A DNA stretch of 64,000 nucleotides from Macrostomum lignano. Lineage: Eukaryota. Shown here piece by piece: positions 38,611-51,784 of the stretch. The notes beneath the pieces were generated by a model that was not told where the DNA came from, did not search any database, and was given only the letters and a program-made list of their open reading frames with translations. The number at the start of each line of letters is the position of its first letter. Position 1 is the first letter of the stretch. The DNA lies in contig NIVC01000043.1 of NCBI GenBank assembly GCA_002269645.1, forward strand, positions 109,086 to 173,085. The letters are read 5' to 3'. The position numbers were made by a program, and so were the translations under genes.

Positions 38611-39854
38611 TTAGTCAAAACACAAGAGGATGAAGGTTGCTATGGAAACACTACTGAAAGTAGAAAATAAATTCAACACAAATAAGTGATACTTTTTCAG
38701 CGCAGAAGCAAGCGCGCAATACTCGGGAAAAACAGTTTTATTAATGAAATTGTTGAAACCAAGCTAAAGCAGTGATATTTTCAAATTCGCGACTCTCGAA
38801 ATTACAGAAAAATTATTACAGGTAAAACCGTTGCCTAATGTAAAACCATTATTTAACAACAGCTGTAAAAGGATTCAATTTAAAAGAAACCAAAAGCCAA
38901 GTTAAATTTGATTACAGTCCACAAAACAGATTGCCTGTGACCATAGCCGCATTAGTACTGTATAAACTAATTACCAAAATTATACTTATTTAATCCTTTA
39001 TAATTACTTAATAAAATAACATTGATAAGCGAGGACTGGTTAGAATTTATATAATTTTACTGAAACGAAAACTATACTTAATTATTTAAAATAATTAACA
39101 ATTAAGGAAGGCAAGGAAAAAAACAAAGGAAAAAGAGAATCATAGAAACATGACGATTCCAAAAAGCGCAGAAAGGCAGTTTTCAATAATCAATTTTAAA
39201 AGCATTACGCTCGTAATTACGATTGCAACAATCTAGGCATACTACTTGTTTACTATATAGAGCGGATAATAAGTAGTTCAGGCGCGAATTAATTACTATT
39301 TTTGCTTTGTTTCATTTCACAGAAAAAAACTTGTTTTAAACATATTGACAATTGTTCTGGTAAACATTGAACAGATACCAAAGCAACAATTAGGCACATT
39401 GATTCAATTTCATATTTAGTGCTTCAGCAGGTGCAAGCGGTGAAGTGTTCAGCATAAAAGGCAAAAACCGATGGTTTAGAAAAAAATGAATGCCATGCAT
39501 AATAACAATACTATTTGGCAAAAATTTAAAATATTCTTTCCAATTTATGATTGTAATAACTGTCTGAAATATGAGTCTGTAAAATTAACGATTGTTTAAT
39601 TATTAATTAGATGTAATTACTGAATTGCTAGATATACCACTCAAAATAGTAGTTGTAAAAAGCAAAGCATCTACTCTTTTTCAGGAGTTTGTCTGTGCAA
39701 TGTCACAAATTGAATGTGGCAGCTAAATTTCGTTTTCCTTCCTCGGGTATTACGGCCTCAGGAGTCAGGAGTCCATGTGGTTAAGAATGAACAACAAGCA
39801 TTTCTTGTGTACTCAAAGTACAAAAGTGAACGGAAGACGGACAAAACTCAGAAT

Positions 39855-40310
39855 AGAGGGACAGGCCCAATCTGGCTCAGCCAATGAGCAGTAAGGACAG
39901 GAGTGAGGGCAAAGTCAGACGGACGAAACTGAGTCTAGGACACAGACCCAATCTAGCTCAGCCAATGAGAGAGCAGTCAGGACAGGAGTGAGGGCAAAGT
40001 CAGACGGACGAAACTCAGTCAAGGGACAGGCCCAATCTGGCTCAGCCAATGAGAAAGCAGTAAGGACAGGAGTGAGGGCAAAGTCAGACGGACGAAACTC
40101 AGTCAAGGGACAGGCCCAATCTGGCTCAGCCAATGGGAGAGCAGTAAGGACAGGAGTGAGGGCAAAGTCAGACGTACGAAACTCAGTCAAGGGACAGGCC
40201 CAATCTGGCTCAGCCAATGGGAGAGCAGTAAAGAGTGACGGCCAAGTCAGACGGACGAAACTGAGTCTAGGACACAGACCCAATCTAGCTCAGCCAATGA
40301 GGGAACAGTA
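39855..40310. repeat. 84-bp tandem repeat with two CCAAT boxes per unit
   Basis: About 5 units, each containing GCCCAATCTGGCTCAGCCAATG. Confidence 0.88.
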
Positions 40311-40911
40311 AGGAGAGAGGTCAAAGCCAGACACAAGCGGGCAAGAGGAAAGGCTAACTATTATGAACACGAGCTGGACTGTATTTTGGAGCAGCTTTAA
40401 GCATGGTGAAGATGCTCTACTTGTAGAAAGCCAGAGGCGATAGTTAAATTTTGAAAAAACGATTTATTATTTTTTATTTGACTATCATAAAGACTCATGG
40501 GGGAATAGCCGCAATATATTAGGTGGCTTTGGGAGGGGGGGGGTGCTGAGATGTCAAGACTCATAGACGAATTGCTTAGATGGGGGGGGGGGCTGGTCAG
40601 AGGCTTCGATGCCAAAGCTCATAGTGGGTCTGATATCCTAGGCTAGATGGCAGGCTTTCAATGCGGATTATTTTTTTATTCAAACATTATTTTTCTTTAA
40701 AAAAATTAACAATACTGACCGTACAAGGTCAAAACCTACATGTAGTTTGCTAATGAAAAAATAATAGATGAACGCAGTCCTCTGAGAGTGACATAATTTA
40801 GTTATAAATCGAAAAAAAACTCAATATATTATTTGCAACTTACTTAAACGTCCAAGAATTTCATGAAGATCTTTTTTATTGTAACTGTGAATATATACCC
40901 AGCAACATATA

Positions 40912-41421
40912 TTATTTAGGCACAGTAGCAGCGGTAGCCTCAGCGCTAGAAGCAGCAACAGCAGCAGCAGGCGGCGGTATAATAGCGCAGGGCTTGTGCG
41001 CGTGATGCAGCACGTAGTCGCTAACGCTGCCAAGAAAAGTGCGCCGCAGCGTGCCAAGGCCGCGACTGCCCATGACGATTAAATCAACGGATTCTTCGTT
41101 GGCAACGCTAACTATAGTTGGCCCGGGTCCGGAGTGCAAGCGCTCTAAGAATCGTTTGCTAATATCAGCTCGAATGCCCCATTCGGCGCAGCGGCTATCA
41201 GCTTCGGCAGCCAACTGTTTCGCTTTAGCTACAGCCTCCTCTTTGCAGCGCATGTAGACCTCCGGCGTGGCCGCGCCAGCGGACATCATCATCGACGGCG
41301 GCTCGGAGATGAACAACAACAGCAAGGAATCGCCAGCTACTTGGTTATTCTCAATGTACCAGCGCAGGGCGCGGAGACTGTGGGAACTGCCGTCGAGTGC
41401 GACTAGAACTGTACGGCCCAT
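40912..41421 (-). CDS. Universal stress protein A-domain protein (copy 2), 169 aa
   Basis: CTAG|CCATG start. MGRTVLVALDGSSHSLRAL...GPGPTIVSVA...DLIVMGSRGLGTLRRTFLGSVSDYVLHHAHKP. Confidence 0.9.
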   Translation of the reverse strand: MGRTVLVALDGSSHSLRALRWYIENNQVAGDSLLLLFISEPPSMMMSAGAATPEVYMRCKEEAVAKAKQLAAEADSRCAEWGIRADISKRFLERLHSGPGPTIVSVANEESVDLIVMGSRGLGTLRRTFLGSVSDYVLHHAHKPCAIIPPPAAAVAASSAEATAATVPK

Positions 41422-42859
41422 GGCTAGCATCAATTGGGAAAGCAAATTAATTAAAATGAACGGTTTAACTTGACGAACAGTAAGCGTATCTCGGCTATAA
41501 TAATGATCTTTTTATTAACTACGCTACTTATAGTAGTAAAAGATGAATAATTGCTGTCCTTTAATTAGTAACTTAGATGGGCCACTCAGAACAATGCGTG
41601 TAAGCTACTTTCAGTTCAGTAGTAAGTTAAACAGAAGCATTTTAATGTATTTTAAACCAAAGGCTCATTTACGCTCGTATTGGCTCTTACTCACTTGACT
41701 TATTAGCTTTAAACCCTCGAACCGCGCCTTTCCACACTACCCCTCGCCCCGCCCAAATTTTTATTGCCATTCTCGGAATTCCAAGCCTAAATCTGCAATG
41801 TACATTTCAGTGGACTGGATAATGTAAATTATTGCTGGACCTATTGGCAAGTTGTTTACGCCTGCAAGCTTGTGGGCTTCTAAACTTATTAGCCATTTAA
41901 GCTGGCTTTTTTATATAATAGCGTATGTATTCATTTTTTCTACTGAACTGAAAGTAGAAAGCTGTTTTACTAAGTATATGTGCCTGAGTGGCCCATCTAG
42001 CTACGTTAGGAGCTGTGGTAAAGACACAAAAAAGACAAAACGCATATTTTAAATAGAGAATTCAATTTTTATTTGTCTAGTCTAAATATACTAAATCTTA
42101 TCTATTACTATTCACGGATAATTGAATTTCTGTGAGCAAAACATGTCCTTGCTGTCAAGATAAAAACACAAATTTCTGACAGCACAGAAAAAGACAAAAT
42201 TTTGTTCAAATACAATATAGGCGCGCTATTTAGGGCTTAAATGCACTTTGTATTATGTACATAGGTTTGCTCATAAAGCCCCGGTAAAACGCGCCGTTTA
42301 TACTTATTAGTAGGCAAAATATAGTGCCAAACTGCCTACACTATAACTATTTAGATAAAAATAGAAAACACAAACTAGTAAGAATACAAATTAATAAAAA
42401 ATTGCTGTATAATGCTGCATTTATTGACAAACTGACAGTTGAAATGTACACAGACAAATATATCGTGGTTAAGACGCTTACCTTACTAGATAAGATATAA
42501 TGTTTATATGTATTGTTTACAATAATTAGTAAAAAAAGCTATACGCACATTACAAAACTTGCTGGATATAAAGAAAGACCACTGATGACGACAGTGGGGT
42601 TGCGCCTGTAACGAAGGCATTTAGCTAGCAAATATATAATCGTATGCGTATAATTTGTACACCTTGCTGGGCAATTTACAGTAAGCTGAATACAGTTCGA
42701 AATTCGATTTGGGAACAGGCATATGCTAGAGTAGATTTTGTTCTAATGTTTGCGAAAAACAGATATAAAACAAAACTTATTGCAGCAAACTTATGAAGCG
42801 AAATTTAATGAGATTATTTTAACAAACTCGCATGGCATACTCGTATGCCTAATAGAGTT

Positions 42860-43708
42860 TGAAACAGTGGTGTAAGCCCATCCTTATGATCTGAAACAGT
42901 GGTGTAAGCCCATCCTTATGATCTGAAACAGTGGTGTAAGCCCATCCTTATGATCTGAAACAGTGGTGTAAGCCCATCCTTATGATCTGAAACAGTGGTG
43001 TAAGCCCATCCTTATGATCTGAAACGGGACGTAAGCCCATCCTTATGATCTGAAACGGGACGTAAGCCCATCCTTATGATCTGAAACGGGACGTAAGCCC
43101 ATCCTTATGATCTGAAACGGGACGTAAGCCCATCCTTGTGATCTGAAACGGGACGTAAGCCCATCCTTATGATCTGAAACGGGACGTAAGCCCATCCTTA
43201 TGATCTGAAACGGGACGTAAGCCCATCCTTATGATCTGAAACGGGACGTAAGCCCATCCTTATGATCTGAAACGGGACGTAAGCCCATCCTTATGATCTG
43301 AAACGGGACGTAAGCCCATCCTTATGATCTGAAACGGGACGTAAGCCCATCCTTATGATCTGAAACGGGACGTAAGCCCATCCTTATGATCTGAAACGGG
43401 GTGTAAGCCCATCCTTATGGTCTGAAACGGGACTTAAGCCCATCCTTATGATCTGAAACGGGGTGTAAGCCCATCCTTATGGTCTGAAACGGGACTTAAG
43501 CCCATCCTTATGATCTGAAACGGGGTGTAAGCCCATCCTTATGGTCTGAAACGGGACTTAAGCCCATCCTTATGATCTGAAACGGGGTGTAAGCCCATCC
43601 TTATGATCTGAAACAGTGGTGTAAGCCCATCCTTATGATCTGAAACGGGGTGTAAGCCCATCCTTATGGTCTGAAACGGGACTTAAGCCCATCCTTATGA
43701 TCTGAAAA
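42860..43708. repeat. 31-bp tandem repeat
   Basis: Unit CTGAAACGGGACGTAAGCCCATCCTTATGAT, with block-wise variants (AGTGGTG, GGGGTG). Confidence 0.96.
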
Positions 43709-44200
43709 GCATATTATGTGCGCAAACAGTTCGATTTAATATGCAGTTACGAAAACTGAATAAATTGAATAAATACACCTGCAGATATATATAAGAATGG
43801 AATCGAATATCATGCATGAAATCATAAAGCATATATAGGGATACCGGTAAGAGTTCCTACACAAATTCTATCAACAATTTAAAAATAAATCAAGTCTATG
43901 CATTTATAACTTTTTATTAGTGCGAGTAACAACTGTAACAGGCTACTGGGCTAGTAGAGAGTAGTTTACACGAGCGCGCACTGTTTTTAACCATTTATAT
44001 GGATAATTATAAAACTGAATACTGGTGTGAAAATCAAATCTCTGCTAGATTAGGCATTATGTTTACAAATAAACATTTTTTTCAGTGTCAATGTACTCGT
44101 AATTAGCATCACAGCCGAACGGACAGAAATTGTTAGCTAGGATCAAATAGCTGCAAAAGGCATATTTAAACTGGACAAGTTACATAATTTAATAGAGTTA

Positions 44201-44967
44201 TTAAACTTGCGAATCGTCGCTAGACTCAATGCTCCGTCTGAGGGCGTTCATCCAGTCTTCCATTTCTTCAACGCTGGTGGCAGCGAATCGGTAGCACTCG
44301 TGCTTGGATGCCACCCGGCTGCTGTTGCTCTCCTTCCAGGCCTGCGAAATTGCAACATTTTCCTACACGTCAGTAGTATCATGTAATAATTATGTGCGCA
44401 GGTTTTTAAAGAACGGATGGAACATAAGACACTAAAACAGACCAACATACATACAAGTAAACAGACAGAGACGGCCAGACATACAAGTATACACATACAG
44501 GCAGATACAGACAGAAAGACAGACAGACAGAGACATATAGACGGACAGCCAGACAGACAGACAGAGACAGACAGCCACAGACACTAAGAAATTAAGACAG
44601 GCAGACAGACAGACAGACAGACAGACAGGCAGACAGACAGACAGACAGGGAGGCAGACAGACAGACAGACAGACAGACAGACAGGCAGGCAGACAGGCAG
44701 GCAGACAGACAGACAGGTAGGCAGGCAGGCAGACAGACAGACAGGCAGGCAGATAGACAGGCAGGCAGATAGGCAGGCAGGCAGGCAGGCAGGCAGACAG
44801 ACAGACAGACAGGCAGGCAGATAGGCAGGCAGGCAGGCAGACAGGCAGGCAGGCAGATAGGCAGGCAGGCAGGCAGACAGACAGACAGGCAGGCAGGCAG
44901 ATAGGCAGGCAGGCAGGCAGACAGACAGACAGACAGGCAGGCAGATAGGCAGGCAGGCAGACAGACA

Positions 44968-45024
<57 letters not shown>

Positions 45025-46405
45025 ACAGACAGACAGACAGAGCAAATTAATCACACGCACCTTGATCCGGCCATCCAGTCCGGGCGGTTTCACAAGCTCA
45101 AAGCAGTATTTGCCGTCGTCGGCCTCGCGCACCTCCAGGCCCTGCAACGGTATTGAGCCTTTCGGCTTGCCTTTGCTCCGCTGCTCAGCATAGTAACTAA
45201 GATGATTGCTGCTCAGCACAAAAAAGCGCCGCTTCCAACTCTTAACACTGCCGCCCTGTTTTTGCAGATAGCCGGATTTCTCAATAGCGCCAGGTTCAAT
45301 GCCGCCCAGTTCATCAACGGCATCGTCGCTAACAAACGGTTGCGCTTTGATATCGTCGAATATCTCTTTGACAAATTGCCTGTCAAGATTCTTTAAATCG
45401 CTCCGGCCAAGGAGACTGTGAAAGCCTTCAACTGTGCTGAGTGATTTATCGCGCTTAGCGCTGGCATTGTGCAAAGAGGTCTGCAGCATCATGCAGGCAT
45501 AGCACAGGATAAATAATTGCTCAGCTGTCAGCGGGAAATCTGGATTTTGACGATGATAGGCGGCCGAGAAAATTTCCATTGTGCGTTCGATTACCTGTTG
45601 ATAATGGGATTTTGGTGCGATTCTTGTATTGCAATTTGAATGAGTGATCATCTGCTTCAGGATGAGTGATCAACTACTCGTACTTTAGGATAGGCGGAGA
45701 ACCCCCAACCAATTCAGACAAAAGGGTACCCACTTCAGGCAAAAGGGGCAACCACTTTCAGGAAGGGGCAACCACTTCAGGCAAAAAAGGCAACCACTTC
45801 AGGGAAAAGGGGCAACAACTAAGGATTTAAGATAAGCCTTAGCAAACCATTAGCACAAAGCGCAACTTCAACAGGGAAAAGCGAGTAAAATAATAATACT
45901 CTCAAACAGCAGCGCCTACCTGACTTTCGCCAATCATTTTAAACGAGAACATAAACTCCCGAAGCGCGGTCATAAAGCTTTTGCCAGCAAAGGGAAACTG
46001 GTCGGCGTATTCTGTTAATATTTTGGCATTGTCAGCTTTGCCCAAATAGTTGCCAAGCACCTGTTTGTCCAGCTGTTTAGCAGAGTACAAATACTTGGCT
46101 ATACTAGCGGGACTATCGTCAGGTATGAGATCGTTCTCAAGCATGAAAGCTATGCCCTCCTGCGGCTTTGTGTTGAATTTGAACTTCGCTCGAGACGCTA
46201 ATTGTTCTTTAGGATCTTTCTTCTCCTCAGGTGTTAGGTAGATACTAATATTCTTCAGCTCGTATTCGTACTTGTCAATGTCCGACTGCAATCGTTGGAT
46301 CTCAAGCACCAGCTGCTCCTTCTCTTTCTGGATAGCGGCTAAACTCGCCGCCTTGCCACCGCTCATTTCGGGGGACATGAAAGTTACAGTTTGAATTCGA
46401 TACAT
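44201..46405 (-). CDS. Cytohesin-like Arf-GEF (coiled coil, Sec7, PH), 3 exons, 386 aa
   Basis: Exons 46405-45920, 45594-45061 and 44341-44201, all phase 0. Sec7 motifs KFNTKPQEGI, FKMIGESQ|VIER and MLQTSLHN. PH motifs KSGYLQKQGGSVKSWKRRFF and EEMEDWMNALRRSI. Confidence 0.9.
44435..45040. repeat. (AGAC)n/(AGGC)n compound microsatellite (cytohesin intron 2)
   Basis: Direct reading of the sequence. Confidence 0.95.
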
Positions 46406-46504
46406 GCTACTCTTGGTTCACTTAGTAGTATGAGAAATATATTGTAGTTGCAGTGTGTAATTTGACAGTAAATAAATGAAATTGGATTGGTAATCTATAT
46501 CAGG

Positions 46505-46830
46505 GACTACTAAACAGAATGGATTACTAATCTATCACATGAACTACTAACAGAATGGATTGCTAATCCATCACATGAACTACTAACAGAATGGATTGCT
46601 AATCTATCACATGAACTACTAACAGAATGGATTGCTAATCTATCGCATGAACTACTAACAGAATGGATTGCTAATCTATTCCATGAACTACTTACAGAAT
46701 GGATTGCTAATCTATCCCATGAACTACTTACAGAATGGATTGCTAATCTATCCCATGAACTACTTACAGAATGGATTGCCAATCTATCCCATGAACTACT
46801 TACAGAATGGATTTTTAATCTATCTCACAG
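46505..46830. repeat. 36-bp tandem repeat
   Basis: Unit CATGAACTACT(A/T)ACAGAATGGATTGCTAATCTATC(A/C). Confidence 0.92.
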
Positions 46831-47406
46831 GCTACTAACGGAAATGATGACCCTAATGTAAAAACTTCAAAAGCCGAAACAGTCGTAAGCAGAATGAAGT
46901 ATGTATTATTGAAGTCTCAATAAAGTCTCAATTAAAGCAATATCTACAAAAATTTCAAAAAATATTAGCAACAATTTGCTATTACAAAAAATCATAACTG
47001 AAAAAATAATTATTGATAGCCTTGAGGGGTTTTTAACTAAAAAAAACTCACAATGGACGGTGCTAGTGCAAAGCAGTCAGGGACGGCACAACAAAAGTAC
47101 AACTAAAGTCTTTGCTTAATTGAATCTAGGAATGTGGAAATTATGTCAAATCATTACGATCTCTGTAATACTCGGCACAGCCTTATTTTACATATCGCAG
47201 ACATCAATATAAAAAAAAATTCACAACAAAAAGGGGTACATTCCTTGTGCGTGTCAATTCAGAAGCAATGACATTGTGTCAAGAATTATTACAAGCATTA
47301 TCAAACCCAAAGCTTCTCATACTCAAGGGCATGATGCAAGCAAGCTAATTCAACTGCGTACTAACCGCGACCGACTCTGCTTAACTTACAGTAATAGTAA
47401 GTCAAA

Positions 47407-48057
47407 TTAAGCGTCAACTTTAACAAAAACTTTCGGCCTAGAAAATATTTTTATCGCCTCTTCTAATTCGGCCAATTTTCGTTCGATATCGCTTTTGATA
47501 CAAACTAGCCGGACAGTGTCCGACCGGACAGGCAGGCGATTGAGTTCGGCCAGCAATAGCTGGTGATTCTCAGTCAGCAGTGCCAAGGTTTTCCGACGCT
47601 CCAAGTCGCTCAATCGGCGATGCCCCGGCGGCTGGTCGGGATCCGGCCGGGCCGCCACCTCCGCGGCGTGGGCCGCTTCGAACTCGCGACGTCGTCGAAC
47701 TAGATAAGCCGGCAGCTCGCCGCGTCGATAGCCGCTAAGATCGTTGGCCGACTTCGACATCGCCGTAGCCGTACCCGATCGACCAAGAGGTCGCCGCGAA
47801 CCCGCAGCAGCCGCTGCGTTGGCATTTGCTCTGACGTAGTTGACGCTGCGTCGGATTAGTCGAAGATCGTTGGCTGACGAGGCGCGCGGCACCGACACGC
47901 GGTCGAGCGGCGCCGTACGCCGGAACGGCGGCACCGGATGATCGTCGGCCTCCAAATCTGGGCCGGTTTTCTCGTGCGCGCGCAGATACTCGCGCTTAGG
48001 CGCGCGACGCTGCTGACGATGCGCAGCTGGCGACGCAGCTACAGCGGCCGAGGACAT
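47407..48057 (-). CDS. ENKD1: Enkurin domain-containing protein 1-like, 216 aa
   Basis: GELPAYLVRRR...PDPDQPPGHRRLSDLERRKTL...LP...DIERKLAELEEAIKIFSRPKVFVK is the enkurin-domain C-terminus. Confidence 0.85.
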   Translation of the reverse strand: MSSAAVAASPAAHRQQRRAPKREYLRAHEKTGPDLEADDHPVPPFRRTAPLDRVSVPRASSANDLRLIRRSVNYVRANANAAAAAGSRRPLGRSGTATAMSKSANDLSGYRRGELPAYLVRRRREFEAAHAAEVAARPDPDQPPGHRRLSDLERRKTLALLTENHQLLLAELNRLPVRSDTVRLVCIKSDIERKLAELEEAIKIFSRPKVFVKVDA

Positions 48058-51000
48058 TGTTGGTGCGGAATAGAATTATTTAATAAACTGTTTAACGGGT
48101 TCAATGGCTGATCCAATTTTACCATGCAAACAGTTTTAAGGGATTTTATATTAATTTGATGCATTAATCTACTTCACTTTTCTTTGCACACAAACACCAT
48201 TTTGACACCAAACTGTAGAAGTGCAAGTCATAGTCTGGAAACCTAGTCTACAATAATTAGATTCTAAAACAACAATAGCACAACGCTTTTTAGTTCATTT
48301 AAATATTAACTAAAATATTTATTTAGAATTATCATTTAGAAAGTTAGATATTTCTTTTTATGATTGGCATTGGAATTCTTTACCCTAAATAGAAGCTGAG
48401 GAATAACATTATTTTTGTGATAAAAACCCTGCAGGAATGTAACAATAAGAGTGATTCCTTGTCGAAGTTCTATATATTTGCTATAAAAATGCCAAATAGA
48501 ATCAACAAATGGAGTATTTTTTGCTTAAACAGACCAATATAAAAATATGATATGCAACTCATAAAGACTTAATCCTACAAAAAAAGTTAACAATTTATAG
48601 ATAATAAATACTCCAACAATTAAAAAGAAACAAAACATTATTAGGATCATATGCACAACCTTTAGATCTTCACCAAGCCAAGGTGAACAGTTTTCCATAA
48701 AAGTGCAATATACTTGTATCTGTAGCCTTTTGCAACATAAGCTTTACTCAAAATGCAATCCAAATCCTTTATTTCTGTGGCTTTAATTATTTAATGTTCT
48801 TTCTTTCTTTTTTTTTCTATCATTTATTAAAATGTTTTCCCTTTTCTTATATTTTTATATGATTTCTTCCTCCTTTATTTGCTTCACTTTCAATCTTTTG
48901 TCTACTCCTATAATTTAATAAATGAAGATAGAGCAAAGATATGCACAGAGCATATACATGAAGTTAAAATCACAAAAATACTATGTGGAACAAAAGTATA
49001 TACCTATCATTCTTGCATACCAGACCCAACAGTTTTTATATTACTAAAATTTTCCTATTGATTGCTATTCTATGAAAATTAAGATAAAGGGTGGCTTAAA
49101 ATTGAAAAATTAAAAAATTCTAAAGTATGGTTTCTTTGATAGATAGATAGATAATATCTAAAACATTTGGGAACTATGAGCTTTTTAAAAAAGGTAAAGA
49201 CATTTTTGCTAAAAGTCAATGCTAATTTAAAAACAAAGCTAGCTACGAGCATGTTTATGAAAAGCCAAACTAGTTTTACTATATTTAATCATTATAAGTG
49301 AATTTTGTTTTGGTTAAAAAAGTTTAGAAACATACAAGTATAATAATAGATATGTTAGATATAATAAAGTAGCAAAATTTATATGTGTAGCTGCTAATCA
49401 ACCTAGCCAATCTTGACAAAATTGTAGAATTGTGGGAGACCAAGATATGTAGGTCAAAACTGATAGCCAAAATTGAAAGAGGCAAGCTAGCAAAGAAACA
49501 AAAAGAAAAAAGTAATATAAAATAGTAAATGGAATCTAAGAAAATAAAAAAGAAAAAAAGTTGTGAAAGAACCAACAAAGTTATACTAAGGATTAGTTCA
49601 TTTATTAATTGGACATAATTAATATAAACTTAAAGGTTATGCATTTGTAAGTATATCTAGCAAATGTCTAGATAAAAGCTTGGCCTATTTCATAGATACC
49701 TAGTTCATTTTAACCTTATAATATAGCACAATAAAAATTTATTTTTGATAATGCTTAACTAGATTTTTATTGGCTATTAGTAATATACAGATTATTTAGT
49801 TGAATTTTTAAACAAGGCCTTAGATTTGGAATAATATAAGAATCTAATCCTAATATCTTATCCTAAGATAAGAAGAATAAGATAAGACCCCTTTTTAGTG
49901 GAACATTACCACAAGCCCTAAGAATATTTTGTTGATAGTCATTATAACCTATATACTATAAATGTTTCAATTATACTTTCAAATAATATTTTGAAAAACT
50001 CATTGCATTTTAATGTTTATTTATAAATAAATATAAATATATCACTCCAAATTGGCCAAACAAGTAAGAATATTTTGCAAAAGCCAATTCTTTTATTACC
50101 ATTACCAATACTAGGCCTACTAGCTACTATTATATAGTAGCATTATAAATATCATATTACAAAAAAGCTTTAAGTTATATTTATTATATAAGGCTATAAA
50201 ATATACCAATATACTTGTTTATACATATTTAATAAATAACCAACCCAGTTAGTCAAGCTAATAACAATGTTAATAGTAATAATAGTCCAAATATAAAATT
50301 TATAGCTTTTTTATTATTTTTGACAATTTGGATCAATAGGTCTAATAAATTGAAAACCTTTAACCTAAAAATCATTTAATACAGTGTAAATATTTATATA
50401 ATGTATTTATATAATATGTTCTATATATATAATGAGAATTATATAATATTAAAATAGGGTACTGTCATTTAAACTTTATTTTTAGGCGCCCTTTAACCCC
50501 TTGAGCTCTAAGCTTAACTAGCAACACAGTTGCTTTCAAATACAAGTTGAAAGATTAAAATAAAAGTTTTACTTTTGTTTTTAAATAGGCCAGGCAGCTG
50601 GCTGGCTATATTTCTAGAACCAATCTAAATCACATTTTCTCGTCAAAAACAATTATATATATATATATATATATATATAAATATGTGTATATTTTTATAT
50701 GTAGAGATTAGCAATCTAATGCCTCCCTTTGGGATGTGCAATAAGCAATGAGCAAAAATTATTGATGCAATTCCATTATAAAGCACATTTTTGTAAGAAC
50801 CAATTCCTTCTTCAGTTTTACAAATCACCTTATTTGAGTAAAATTGTTATAGACAAATGTGTTTGCTAAGAATCTCTTTTTTTGCTAAGAATGCAAATGC
50901 CCCCTCTCCCTGTCTGCAATCTCTTTATTTCTAGCCTAAATTGGCTAGGGTGGGTAGGGTCTGGACTTTACAATGGTATGATCTTGCAAGGCTAGTTGAA

Positions 51001-51518
51001 CTGCCAGGGCCAACCCCTCTCAAGGTTATCTGTGACTTATTGTTTTTCACACTTAAACAATTAGTGATTTAGTTAGTTATTTAGTATATGGATTTATCTA
51101 GTTTATCTGGACTTGTTATTGTTTACTTTATTTTCTCTTCTTCTCTATCTAGTTTAGTCTTATTATTCTTTTTTTCTCTCTGTACCTACCTTCTGATTGG
51201 CTCTATAATCTCACCAATCTTCTCAGTTGCACATTCTACTATACCTCCTAATTCTTACTTGTAATCAACCACAACTGGTTTTGATTCAACCTCCCTAGGG
51301 CTAGCTTGATTTAATCTACTTACCTAACATAATGCTCTTGCCCTTTCTCTCTAAGTCTATTAGCATAAGCATAACCCCTCAACCTTACATGGCTTAGCCC
51401 CAACCATCCAGCCACTGCTGTCATTTTCTCTTGCTTAGCTCCATTTGTCCACCTCAGCCTATATGGCTAATCCCTACCTGTCCATTATATGACAGGGCCA
51501 ATAGGGTTAGGCTAGCAC

Positions 51519-51784
51519 CATACATGTGCAACCCCCCTGATTTACACTGGCCATGCGACTTACTTTTTGACCAAAAATGCAACTTACCTGTAAAAGAAAC
51601 CTTAATGCAATTTTGGGTAAACGGCAGGAGTAACTATTACTGTCTTATTAGGGCTAAATGCCTTGTCATCTAATTAGTACTCCATCTGTATTCTTTAGGT
51701 TGGGCATTTTTGCGACTTACCACTGGTCTACCACAATTTACGGTGGCCAGATTGGCCAGGTCGGCCAGCAGTTGCGCATGTATG
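51519..51784. mobile_element. Non-autonomous hAT-type MITE (copy 1)
   Basis: TIRs CATACATGTGCAAC and GTTGCGCATGTATG. 8-bp TSD GCTAGCAC at 51511-51518 and 51785-51792. Homologous to 55681-55978 in inverted orientation. Confidence 0.85.

Noticed and set aside
37195-41421. USP genes as bacterial contamination
   Set aside because: They are embedded among intron-containing animal genes, have AG acceptors before the ATG, and lack Shine-Dalgarno-like or operon context.
13392-43708. 21-36-bp direct-repeat arrays as CRISPR arrays
   Set aside because: The units are contiguous with no unique spacers, there are no cas genes, and the context is eukaryotic.
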